Origin: Phoronis australis | Lineage: Eukaryota > Animalia > Phoronida | Reading direction: 5' to 3' | Length of the DNA: 64,000 nucleotides | Assembly (NCBI GenBank): GCA_002633005.1 | Contig: NMRA01000003.1 | Span: 1,091,452-1,155,451 of the forward strand | Shown here: positions 48,701 through 61,713 of the stretch, in pieces | Numbering within the stretch: the stretch's first letter is position 1 | Layout: each line of letters starts with the position of its first letter | The notes under the pieces: model-generated | Told to the model about the DNA's origin: nothing | Seen by the model: the letters and a program-made list of their open reading frames with translations, nothing else | Database searches by the model: none | Position numbers and translations under genes: made by a program

Positions 48701-51700
48701 GGTAATCTAATGAGACTACTAATAACAGCCGGAACCATTCCATGGACCAAGTTTCTTGCGAGAAAATCAAGATCTCACAAGACCTCGCAAAATCACACAA
48801 CATGCAAGCGTTTCATGTATATGCTAGCCTATCGGAACAAAACAGTGGCTACTGATGTGACTGGTTGGCGATTTTGGAATATTGAATAACCAGTTAATTC
48901 GCTGTATACAACATGTAAGCAAAGATTTTTTTCGCTGCGAGTGCAAGCTATAATATTTTGCTGATTATGACAAAATCATAGAAGACAAGGTCAATCAAGA
49001 TGGGAGGATGGATGAAGACAATAATGACAATGATTATCAAGACAATCATTGTAACGATAACGATAAGAAAAAAACGGAGAAAGGACGACCGAAATGTTTC
49101 AAGAACAGATACAGACCTAGAACACACGCATTTTGCTTTAATTAGCTGTCAAATGTTAAATTCTTAACTGAAGCGTGGGGTTGAAAATCATTACCACGGT
49201 CATCTGATTGTTGCCGAATTTGCCTCGAGCCGCTTATGGTTTCGATGTTCTTTTTTGGTTGAGGAAATAGAGTGTGATCACAGTAAAGACAATTTAGGAG
49301 CTAATTTTATTCAAGGTTGTGAAATGTAGTTTTAATAAAAAGAACAATAACGCAGTGAAACTACCAGATGAAAAATCAATAAAATATAAATAAGGGCTGA
49401 TACCCAAAACAAAGTATGGTGAGCTTCATATAACATGAGCGACCACAGAAATAAACTAACAACCTGCCAATGACAAAGATTGCACAACTACAAAAGAATC
49501 AGAAAAAAAATGTCATGTTAATAAATGTCAGTGTTATTTAGGTAATTGGTTTTGACATGTTTAAAGATCGGATTAATTTCTAAGCCAGACAAAACAAGAT
49601 TATAATAATGATGACGGTACGAAGCATGAGTGAAGTCACAAGTGAGCTGGGCTGTGAGCACAGGTGATAAAAAGGGAGTGGAATAAAACCAATAATTCAT
49701 GCAACAACTTGCATGTAAACACTGAATGACAGCGTAAAGCACTGACTGCCGGTATGAAGCAATAAATTGGAGTGCACCTGAGCTACCAAATTATCACCAG
49801 TAACGGAGTAAAATTGCCAACTTACTGTAAATGAACTGTTCACTTATTTTGCACAAACTAATTGACAAAAATTCCATTTTTCAATTGTTTAAAGCTTGAC
49901 CACCTTGCAGCAAATACTGGAAACTTTAACAAAGTGGTGTTTTGTGACATCTACACAGTACATACCAATCCAACAACAGGCGTTCCTGCAATGTATTTTT
50001 GCACTTTTTGAGGTTTTAGGCAGAGTATAATATTGGAATGTGTTTATGGCAGTTTTCATGGTTTATTAGTTTAAGAACTACTTTGTACATATAAAGTTTT
50101 AAGTTATTTATTATTGAGTGGAGACAACATTCTACAGCCATCTCTTTACTTTTTCAGGGGTTTCAGGGGATAGTTCATAACATTTGTTCATGTATCATTT
50201 CCTAGTTATGTATGGATTTCAGTTGACTTGCTACACCCTCTATTATGCTAGATGTGAATAGGACTGGGTGGCATTGATAACCCATTGTATTCTGCATACC
50301 TGTAGCAGCTTTATTATCAATCCTAGGCACCCCCTCAATTGTTAAGTCTTATTTACAAACATCCCAGCCAAAGCTTCTACCTGATTGGTTAGTTTTGTAT
50401 TTGGAGCACATTCTAATTGATCCAATAGGTTTTACTATCAGGCCAGAAGCTTTCAATACATAATAAATACCCAATACATGTGTATTTCTCTCTATGAACC
50501 ACCGCTTAACTAAATAAGCACTTATTTTGAGAAATAAATGGGGAATTTTGAATTTTAAAGAAAAAGTAATAATTTTTTGGTTTGCCGCCACGTGATATCA
50601 GTGAAAGACGTTGATCAGTCGATAGCACATATGCAATGGAGGATATTGGTGATTTTGTAAGTTACGAACGATTATTACGGAGATAAGTATGGAGATGGGG
50701 GTAAAGACGACACTCAGGCCATAGGTGAAACAGCTAATGAGTTAGACCTTGCCATATCTGCAGCCTTTGCCTGTTTGAAGTCATACGAACTCGACCCTAC
50801 CGCTCCGGCGTCTTCGGAGAGTGAAGCCGAGTCAGAGTGGTAATTAATGCCTTCGTACGACGTAAGAGAGACATGGATGATTAGTGCACGATTTTCATAG
50901 TAGATTACGTACAATAGATACAGAGACAAGTTAACCTCACATTTCATATGTCGCACTCATGAGCATCCGTGGTTTATTTAAGCAACTGAATAGATTGAAT
51001 GAGAAAGAGGTTAAGCACCAAGGGTATATCTGCGGGATGATGGTACCAGACCACCCAAGCGCTTGCAATTGTACAGGAAGGACCGACGTCTCTCTAGTGC
51101 CCCGCAGCAAATTTAAAGTCGCACATTCATTAGTGGTGATATCATTGTAAAGCTCGTAGTCAACAAATGGAAATATCACTGCATGTGAAGTTAGCAGCTT
51201 GCTAGCGATGATGACATAACAAATCTAGCAGTTTAAAAATGGCGATATTGTTAACATAGCAGTTGTGTTCACGTATCTGATTTATTAATGCCATGAGGCA
51301 AATGCAAACTAGGACCAGCCTGTCCCCTGAAAGTGAATATTGAACCACACGCTACAATCACTGCGATGCTATACACAAGATGGCCCCAAAATATTTAGCC
51401 TGTATTCAGCAATCATTGAAGTGTTGTGGTAAAGTAACTTACCTATCAAACCCATCTTTGACCAGTTGACCCCCCTTGATCCATGAGCAACCAATGCAAA
51501 GCCGAGCGTGGCCCCCACAATGCTATGGGTGCCAGAGACTGGCAACTTGAGGAATGTGGCTACAAGCAACCATACAGCACAGCCTACAAGAGAGAACAGT
51601 ATAGGGATTTAAAGTAATGTTTTACTTGTCTAGTCTACGTAAAGTTAACTTGTCCTCACCTACCATGCCCTGGTCTTCACTATAAACTTCGTTTTACCCA

Positions 51701-54700
51701 AATGACAAATGTTCACATTTCAAAATTGAGATGGGGCACAAGACCTGCATCCACATTACTACACCAATCATCAATTCCTTCCCACATTTAATAACACAGT
51801 GGAATTTCCAAAGTTTCTAAAAAATAAGGTTTGACTGTATTTTATAAAATCACGAGAATTGGTAAAATATCTAGATGGCTTACAACTGTGATACATTTTG
51901 GGCACCCTATTATTGGAATCTTGGATGAACCCTGCTTCTAAGGTCAAGAGCAGACTATCATTTTTGTTCTGGGTCGGGCAATGACCTCCCAGAGCTACTG
52001 TTAACAAGTTAAACATACATATTACTTTAACCATTAATAAAGAAAAAACACATAAGATACGTACGGGACATGTAATGTTTTTTAGTAATGGTGCTGATTT
52101 TGCTTTTGTGAATTTTAAATAAAGATTTAATTAATGTCTAATAACATTGGAGATACTGATAAGGCATGCGCCACCATATAAAATGTATCTTCAGGGGTAT
52201 CGTAAAGGTCTCCATCAATGTCCGAGACTACTGTAGATCACATACCCTGTGGACACAATTGTCGGACTATTAAGTGCTACATAATACCTTGGTGGTTATA
52301 ATTTGGGTTGAGTTTAAGTTCTTGTCCAGAAGTGAACGTAATTTTCATAATATTTATAACTAAGGAAATTTTCTTCACAAGTCCGGACCTGATAATTAAT
52401 TATCCTGAGCAGTTTGATAATAGTTAAAGCCGAGTTCTACGATAAGACAGCGACGACCTTCACACAGCAACACTAAAACGAGAGACGTTCAGCAAACAAA
52501 TTGAGGCTGATCACGTAACAACAATATAATTTATCACAAGCAACTTATGTTTCATTCATAACTAATGATCTTCAGTGTGGTTTCATGGTGTGTTTAGCTT
52601 AAGTGGCTGGGCCCATCACAGCCACACCTTTTCATTTCTGGCCAACTCTAAGACCAAATCTGCAGTTTGAACAGAAATGCTTAAAATGAGCATTTCAGCC
52701 TTAAGTGAAATTATTTGCGTTGAGTCTTGGTGACCTCTGTCATTAAAGATGCATAGTCTTATTAAATTGTGAATATGCAAATGAAGTACTATTTTACAAA
52801 CAACCCTGGGTCCTCCAGTGTGCTGGAAACCATCAGAGAACCAGTTATACACTACAATTTGGCGAAAGTCTCATTTTGCGAGACTATTTTTATGTAAATG
52901 AGTATGGTAATATTTCTTTGTTACCCAAATGAAAAAGGCACAATTCTTATAATTTGTTTATTTCGCTATCAACTACAGACTGCATAATATTTGGAATTAC
53001 TAGGGCCTTCTATACGTTCACACTCGTTGTTAAGTGTATAAGTTTTGGTGTTTTCTCTTAAACCACAATTTACTTACTACTTGTTTCTTTACCCCTATTA
53101 TACTTGCATACACAGTTCCGCAGGAAGACACTATTTGGCGCTAGCTACTAATTTCAATATTCATGATTTTATGAGACATAGCATCTTCAACATAATTGAT
53201 TAGGAAAATGATGCAATTCATACTTTTCTCCTTCGGGATATCAGTGAAATGAAGACAATAATACCTGATAATGCAGACACCTGTCCAACCATAAGCAGTT
53301 CTTCTGTGCCATTATAAGGAGTAATATCTATAACACCTTTACGTATAGTCTCCGACACACGAGCACCTGAAACACAAAGCAGACGGGAATTTCAATGCAA
53401 TATTTTAGAACACAAACTCCAACTCACTAGAATGTCATCATCTTATGACATCTAGCTATTCATGTAGTCTGCAATTTTCCTGCCATATGTTTTGCATGTT
53501 GTGTGCATTCGTTCTTTTAATAATGCAACTCAGTGGAAGTTGTGAAATGTTGAGTATTTATAATAAAGATGGAATTTTTTAAAACCTTGATCGTAATTTT
53601 TATTCTTAACTTCAATACACTGATTTGAAAAATGCAATTTCGAAATTAGGGCAGTCAAACCAAATTTTTCTTCCTTCGCAACAATAATGCAACCCTCACA
53701 ACACAAAGAAAACATTATCAAAATCAGGTTAACCAGTACAAAGTTATTGTTAACTTTTGTGGCGAAATTTGGGTCACTTGTTTAGATCCCGTCGACCATC
53801 TTGGACGACAGTGGCATAAATTACACGCTGTTTCATCATTTTCACCAATATTTCGCAGTGAAATTTCATTATACCATCTCTAATATTCTGTGCGATTCAA
53901 CAGTTTTCATCAGAATGTAGTCACACAGATGTCATGTTATTTGTCAAGTGCTTAACATGCTCACTATTCCACTTGAGACTCATTTTCAATGGCACCGACA
54001 ACATGATGACTCATGCTGAACTGAACGGCATGTCCAACCAGCTACTTTGTAATTGGCGAAGACTTAACTATGATACACTGACGCTGCTTCAAAAACCATC
54101 TTACGTACAATTTTCAGGCTTTTGGACTAAAAGAATAATTAATATTCTAATTACCGCACTGAGGATTGCCCATTCTGTTGCCTTTACACACTGATAAAAA
54201 TAGCTAAAATTGTTTCAAAATTGTTTTTTATTTGAAAGTGACCTGTTCTTTAAGATTTGATTGTGTATTATAATAGAAAACATCTAAATTGTGCTGTTTT
54301 GTAACTCGTTGCTTTCTACCTCAGGTTACCAAAGCAACACATTTGGAAGAATCTTAACTTACTTAGAGGAATAGGCTACATAGGATTTTGAAGCTTCCTC
54401 CAATCCTTCATCTTCACAGCCTCTTAGTTTTTTTGAAATCAATCATGCTTGTCGATTAAGCCATTTTGACAATAAATCTTGTCAAAAAATTGACATCAAT
54501 GGGTGCAAGGGAAATAGAATCCATTTGAAGATCGGCTAGTGTTGGCGTATCACCACCCACATACCTATTAAGTGTCACGAAAGTCACATCACCCATGAAT
54601 GACAATGCATTGCTTGTTGAAAACTATAACACCTTACAGGATAGTCAAATCTAGACGAAAATGGGAATGGCAGCGGTGCTGCTCCGGCAGTCATATTAAT

Positions 54701-55015
54701 AAGCACAATCCGTCAAGCAGTTTTTGAGGTAATCAAAGCACAAGCCAATCACCGGATGCCAACTAGGTGTGATAAGACTTTTTTGTGGCCGTATAAAAAA
54801 CATTGATAAAAATGAAACTCACCGAGAAGAACAGATCCCAGTGTTTCGAAAACTGTTCCTAATATGCAGGCATTCCGTAGCGTCAGAACCTTAGCTCCAA
54901 CTGACGTACCAAAAGAGTTTGCCACGTCATTGGCTCCAATGCCGAATCCCAAAATAAATGCAATGATGAAGCCCACCACAACCATCCAAACCATTTCAGG
55001 AGGAATGTACACCAT
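36770..55015 (-). CDS. SLC20A1: Sodium-dependent phosphate transporter, SLC20/PiT family, 12 coding exons, ~582 aa
   Basis: Exons 55015-54823, 53366-53265, 51583-51443, 44245-44160, 43135-43039, 42811-42692, 42333-42121, 41721-41633, 40340-40182, 38605-38487, 37869-37684 and 37013-36770 total 1749 nt in frame. PiT signatures: [53 protein letters not shown]. Co-orthologous to vertebrate SLC20A1/A2; the loop exons 7-9 are less certain. Confidence 0.93.
38766..39966 (-). mobile_element. Diverged third copy of the Helentron/DINE-1-like tandem-array element
   Basis: Reverse-complement 5' block CCCACATATAAATATGTGGGCACATAAAAA at ~39937-39966, (GGAC)n, and recurring CCACTAG units. Confidence 0.75.
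46066..46113. repeat. 16-bp tandem repeat x3
   Basis: GTCACGTGTAGATTGC / GTCATGTGTAGATTGC / GTCACATGTAGATTGT. Confidence 0.85.
46745..47244. mobile_element. PIF/Harbinger-type MITE, ~500 bp
   Basis: TIRs AGGGCCTTTCATACTAACTT and AAGTCAATATGAAAGGGCCT, TAA-like flanks, and internal CAGTATGAACA repeats. Confidence 0.7.
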
Positions 55016-56261
55016 CTTGGCTAACTTGTCACTTTTCACCGGTAATTAATGAAGTAATATACTGACACAGCTCTAACAGCAATGGGGTTTGATGACAGTT
55101 GAAGAACTCGTTTTGTCACCTCCAGTTACTTCCAAAACTGTGAAGAAAACTAACAGTCTGGAAGAATGTTCCACTGTGAAGGTGCATGGAGACCTGGCAA
55201 AGGGCGTCTCATACAGTCACAAATAATCTGCAAGGTATAAAGACCACAGCTGATAAACACGAAACATTATCTTTGCACTGATAACAGGGTTCTTGGAGCC
55301 AAGAGAATTTTGGGTCTGATAAAATAATATTTTGATAAAACATCCATTTTAAGGTGAAACTAGAAAACAAAAATAATTCACTTCTGCACACATAAGGGAT
55401 TTGGGAATCGCAGAATAGTTGCCAGAAACTGAGATGTCGTATTGCTATCTCACTGTTGATAGGTAACCATACTTGCACAGCTGATTATACCACCCACCAA
55501 CTTAAAACTCTAAACCTGCCTGTATACTGTATAACTTTCAAATCATTAACCAATAACTTTTATTTACAGGGCATTCAGAAAATAGGAAATAAAGCATTAA
55601 TACATTAAAATGAAAGCACTCTATAGGGCAACACTTAGTGGAATTGAATGATAATCAGTAATCATTACCATAATTACAATAAAACAAAAGGCATTCGTGG
55701 GAAAATGGAGAATGGTTAGATGATATATTTCAGACAGCCCTGAAGAGATCTTTTCAAATACATAATTTCAGAAGATCCCTCCACAGCTTTGAATGAACAA
55801 TGACAAAAAAAGAGGAATATTTCCAGGTGACATATTGTTGTAAAATTCAACCGAAATAAACGTTTTTTGCATGACAAAAAAAGAGACGAAGAAAGAGGAG
55901 ACTGGAAATAAAATAAGATGGAATTGAAAACAAAAAAGAGGAAATCCTCTCAAAAGAGGAAAATTTCAAGCCCTGTTATTCAACGGCAACAGAGCTGTGG
56001 TTCTGCTAAGCCATTGATGAAATGTGTGTGAAAAGTCATGCTGATCAGACACAGACACAGAGAGTTATGTAACAGACAGTAAAAACCCCTGCCATCTTGG
56101 TAAAATGAAAGAGCTATGCTTTAAGTACACTGACTCCTATGACCCAAAACTCATTACATCCTATGGTTATCATGTTTTCCTGGATTCTGTGCTGTGCAAT
56201 GCTGGACATAAATCAACTCTCAGACCAATCAGGTTTTTCCCTCTTTCAAGGTTATGCTGCT

Positions 56262-56657
56262 GTGCAGGTACTTGGAATCCTGCTTAATCTTAAGATCGCT
56301 TGTGTGCATGAACTTGGAACATGAGGAAACTTGACAAGTTCACTCAAATAATCACATTCACGATTATAAAAATTTGCACTGCACAAAACAAAGTTACATG
56401 TTAATAAAATAATGTACATTTTAACCAAACTTTCCAGCTTCAACTATTGGCGATCTTTTTCACCAAACAATAATTATTTTAACCATTCACTCACATATTC
56501 CTCCTGTGACACAAGTTACAGTACAGGAGAAAGTGGTAGTGAGGCATATTTCTTTACACTGGACAAAAACTTTCACCTGATTGCCCAAATGAATATTCAA
56601 TTCCAAGTTCATGCATACACAATCATGAGATTAAGCAGGATTCCAAGTTCAGGCACA
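56262..56657. repeat. Degenerate inverted repeat (~57-bp arms, ~280-bp spacer), MITE-like
   Basis: ACTTGGAATCCTGCTTAATCT...TGCATGAACTTGGAA pairs with TTCCAAGTTCATGCA...AGATTAAGCAGGATTCCAAGT. Confidence 0.7.
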
Positions 56658-56889
56658 ACAATGAAAGACCTTACAGACAACAGTATTTACACAACAATAG
56701 ATTTTAAGTGGATAAAAGTACTATTACATGGTGAAATAAAATTCTTCAAAGTATATTGTTTTGTCAAAATTTTGTTTATTTGTTTCTTTAATTGCACAAA
56801 ACGAATAAACCTGAAATTTATGAACAACATATGTTTCGCAAACAGCTCAAAGCCTATTGTTTTTGGTTGAAATCAGATAAAAGATGGCA

Positions 56890-57556
56890 CTGTGGCGGCC
56901 ATTTTTCCTTTTACGAAGCCATAGCTCCGCAGTTTTTGGTCGGATATTTTTGATTCTTTATCTTTGGAGAGATCATACCAAGAGGCAAGAGCTACCGCAA
57001 GTGTCTCATTTGTTTTTCTCCAGCTCTTACTGCTTTTGACAAGTTATTCAACATTTTCCAATGACTCGTCTCCAAATAAATGTTTTTGTGCCTTATCTTC
57101 GGCGTTCGTTGAAAGATCTGTCAGAAATTTGGTATGACGAAAAGGACAGATCCTTTCATATTTCAAGCACTGTCAGCACTTTGAAACTCGTTTCTTGCTA
57201 CGACTTACCATTCTCGAGGTATTCAAGATAAAAAGCTCTTTTGTTGACATTATTTATAGCTGCAAATTGCATTTTTAGTCTGATCTTCATGAAATTTATG
57301 TGCAGTATTTACTTGGTCAATACCCAGAGGTTCTCTGTTCTTGGGCAAAATCGGAATTTTTCGAATTATGTTTGCGATGCTCTAGCTCCACAATCCTTTA
57401 ACTGAACCTTTTCAAATCTGGATCTCCTTACGGGTTATCTAAAACATTAGTGTACTAACCATCAGCGTTATGATTGTTTATGCTCTTGGTTTCGTCGTCG
57501 ATATCACCTTTAAATTTTTTATTTCACCAAGTGTTGCTCTTTAAGAGCACTTTCAT
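56890..57556 (+). repeat. Old degenerate dispersed repeat ending in a stem-loop; related pieces at ~13040-13700 and ~15395-15810
   Basis: Shared words (TAGCTC, TTCTCGAG, GAAATTTGGTAT, CCAAGTGTTGCTCT); boundaries are approximate. Confidence 0.35.
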
Positions 57557-59131
57557 TTTGATGCTTGACTTTAAATGAACCGCCATTAACTAGGTCATGT
57601 AACCATGTCTTTTTACAAAAACTTGGTAAAGACAGACCACATCCATAGCAAAACAATGGTATTAAAATAAAATGACCGAATTTCATAATTTGATCTAAAT
57701 GTTCAAATGTTCAAGATGAAATCTAAAACATGCTGCTAGTTTTCTAAATCATTATTTGGTTTCCTTTTCTGCAATGTTTTTTTCATTAAAATTACATTTG
57801 ATATCCAATCATTCAAAAAAGATAAAAGAACAGAGAAAAGGTGACAAATGTGACGACCCTTGAAATTCGCAAGGTTTTAGATTTGATAGGTATAGGGTAC
57901 ACAGATTTTTATATGACATGCTTCAAATCAAAACAAATACTTTTTAAAAAGCGTTGGTACCATGCTAATTTAATCAAGCCAAGAAAAGTTTGACCACACT
58001 GGAATCAAAAATGAAAACTTACGTGTAAGATATTAAAACAAACGAAAAGCTTCGAAACAACGCAACTACTACCCACCATCAAACAGCAGCGTGGTTGTCG
58101 TTTGTATGTCAAAAGTTCACGGCGTGTGAGCGTTGCGGTTCACTCATGACCAGTTGAAGTTCGAAATACCGACAGCTACTAGCACATAACATCCCGAGTA
58201 TTTGACACCTTGGAACAACATAACATGAACAAGGCAAAACCAAAACACAAACGAGACATTTTCATTTAACAACATCTCTCACAAACCACCAGTACGACTC
58301 CTACGGCGTGTGAGGACGACGCGTGCTAACGTCAACGAACGAAAAGAACGGTCTTCATGATGACGATTTTTTATGTTTTGCGAAATGCACAAGGCAGTAA
58401 AACATAGATCTAAACCAGGGCAACAAGGTTAAATGATATACACACCTTCGAAACACCATAGACACGTAACCAGTCCGTAAATAAGTATTTACAGAAAGAC
58501 CACGACAATCACAAACACCAGACATTCGCCATTAGTACTTGCCAACAGAACACAATAGGCTAAACGCGGGAGATTTCGAATCGTTCTCGCGCCAAAACAT
58601 GAGCTGTCTGGATAACACAAAAAAACTACGTTATCGTAAGGAAATGCTTAAACACGACATATGAATACTCGCCAAGGACTAATTAATTTCAAACAGAACA
58701 CTTATTCTAAATTTTTAATTAGGGTATGAAAGTCATTACATCATAGACTATCTATGATTACATAAGTTAGGCTACAGGGGGAATAACTCGCATTTACTTT
58801 TGGACTTTAGGTCATGACCTTGTCGATGGCCCCGGCCTGGCCGTTCGCCGCGAGGGAGGACTCTCAATTTATTACCAACCCAACGCCAGAGTGCATTCTC
58901 TTTGGTGGGCATGATATTGGTAGTCTCTCGTAGAATATGATTGTGCATAACAGGCGTGAAAATAGGTAGGCCTACTTGATCCGCTAATAGTACAACACTG
59001 ACATTCAGTGATAAGTGAGCAGCTGAGACATATCATACTGAAATACCTGCGGGTCCGTGCTTATCAATAGTTAGGTAAGCTATTCCAAAATAACCCTATA
59101 CTTGGTAAAAGACGTAATTAAAACCATGCAT

Positions 59132-59291
59132 GCATCGGACAACTCTTAGAATACTTTCTTTCATTCGATCTCTTCAAATTGCCTTCGAGTGGTGATTTGG
59201 CATTCTTTTGGCATTTTTGTCGCCAAATCACCACTCGAAGGCAATTTGAAGAGATCGAATGAAAGAAAGTATTCTAAGAGTTGTCCGATGC
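59132..59291. repeat. Perfect 70-bp inverted repeat with a 20-nt spacer
   Basis: 59132-59201 is the exact reverse complement of 59222-59291. Confidence 0.97.
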
Positions 59292-61713
59292 TAGTTTCGT
59301 GGAGTTCCATGCACATTTGAGTAGAAAATTCTGAGCAAACAGATTTCGAGTGTCCAACCTTTATGTTTTCTTATATATATTATTGAGTGACGTCATTTGC
59401 GATAAACCCAAGCGCCTGTGTGTGCAATGAAGAAAATTACGTCATTTTTTAAAGAAAATGGAATCTGAGTGACGAATAAAAAACAGATGCTGCTGGTAAG
59501 ATGTGAATTTTAATCGAAGCCTTAGTGGATCACTCAGAAACTCATAATTCTCTCTTTGTCAAACCTTAAGACGATTTCCAACGCAATCGCGTTATTAATG
59601 CAAATAACGGATTTGGTCTTTTGGGCAATCGAAGACTATTTAAAAAACAATAAATTTGTTACGAACTAATTGCACAAAATATAAAAAGTGTAATAAACAT
59701 TACGAAAAGAAAAAGGTTTCGCGCGCAAACGCTGTAGACCATAAACAAGTAGGTCTCTTAGTATCATATTAGGAGTTAAATCGTGGTGGTGTAGTGCTAA
59801 AGCATGCGCGCTCTAGCCGTGAGTTCGAGTCTGTGGGGCTCACTTGCACTTTTTCCTGTTTGACACTTTCTCCGTGTTTTTTTTTGCATTTTTTTCTTGG
59901 GTAATTCTTCGGGAATTAAGGAAAATGCTTGATTTTTAGAGATAAAAACAGAAAAATTTCCTGGGCGGGAGGGGGACAAACTCCCCTCCCGACCTCCCCC
60001 CATTGGGTGCTATGCGCATCTACAATTGTGCTTTGCGCAAATGTTTACAGACAAAATGTTGGGCCCCCCTTGTGATATCCTAAGTCCGCCACTGTTTATG
60101 GTGACCGGTGAAGGTGGAAATCGGAGGAAGCATGTGTCCTTCCCCCCCGCCGGGACGGTGAATCCGTAGCGATTAGAACGTACTTATCAATTAGTGTAAG
60201 GCCAGGGGGCGGGGGCATAAGGGCAGCCGAGAAAGGAAAGAGTTAGAGAGAAACGATTCTAGTGAACATTCTCAGAAAACCACAAGTCATTTCCATCTAC
60301 TTTCCATCGTCGGATTAGCCCTACTCCTTATCATTGTACTTTAATCTGACAGCGGTAATATAATAACTGCCTGAAAATTTTTGGAGCTTTCCCACTGAGC
60401 CCTAATTATGGCCCTGGCCTAACATTCTTAATTACTGACCGCAAGCAGCCTAACTTACGTGGGAAAGTAGACAGTGTCACCGTCTCTAGTTGGCAGTAGA
60501 GACGGTGATGCTCCCACATGGCCTTTCATGCACCGGAAGCTTTTTCGGCGAATAATGCCCCACACCGATTAAACCATCAAAGTGAACACGGGCGGACATG
60601 ATTCCGGTGGGTCTGAGCCCCCCTCACCCGGTACCGGTTCTAGTTGCTATACTTAATATTTCCTTGCGCTTCACCCTGTTGTTGTTTCACTTTGCTTGCG
60701 GTAGACAAGGGGTCGGTGTAAATAAACCAAAAGATTTTAATAATAATCCCTAAGGGAGCATCACTGCCTCGATGCGGGCACTGTCTGGTGGGAAAGGCAA
60801 CATATTTACCTTACTAACTTTATTGCGGTATCAAATTTCCTTCCCTTCGGGGGAACACGGGATAGGCGACCGGGCATTAAATTTTAATTTAAGCGGCGTA
60901 AGTCGGTGGAAAACTTAACCCACAGGAATTAATTTGACCACTGCTGTAAAATGTTCTCCTCCGGGTTTGACGAGAGTCAGTCGCGTGAGAGTTTACCACC
61001 ATTAGCTTCCATTTAGTGCCAATCGTGTTAGAATCGTGTGTTAAATTCTTCCACTTGGTTGATTCTGTCAGTTAGATTTACGTAGGAAAAAATCAACACC
61101 AGTGTTTCAGTTTACCGGAATTTTTTATCTGCGCCGATCGTTATGACCGCCAAGACATTAAATGAGCAATTGAAGTACACTGACCCGAAATCTAGTTGCC
61201 GACGCGAAAGTTGAATTAACACTCTCTAACCGACACGTGTGATAGCTCCGCAATTTAAAATAGGAGAAAAGATACACGTTAAAAATACCCCGCTAAAATT
61301 CTAGAACTCACCTGTTATACAAATGTCATCAAAGTCGTTGAAGATGTAAATTAGTTAAATCCGTGTTACTTGTTCTCGCTGGTCAAACTCGAACGACTGA
61401 AAAACTAATATTAAATGCGTATTCAATCACGCTGAATCCATAAAATATTTGGGATTTTCCGTACGTTCTAATCTATATGTGTGTAGTAATGTACATGATA
61501 ACGTCACACGAACTTTGTATCAAATGATCATCAATAACTAGCTCTACATGAAAGAAAAGGTCTCGAAATATTTCGACTGCGGAATTCGATATTACTGGGT
61601 GATCGGGTTTGCCCCATTTGGCACTGAATACGTACGTAACGCCATAACATCTCAGGGTTATTTCCTTCTGATAACCTGTAATAGGTCACTGGTTTCTGAT
61701 TTACGTATTTAAT

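Noticed and set aside
50714-51179. Cluster of short intronic ORFs
   Set aside because: No recognisable domain and no consistent splice frame.
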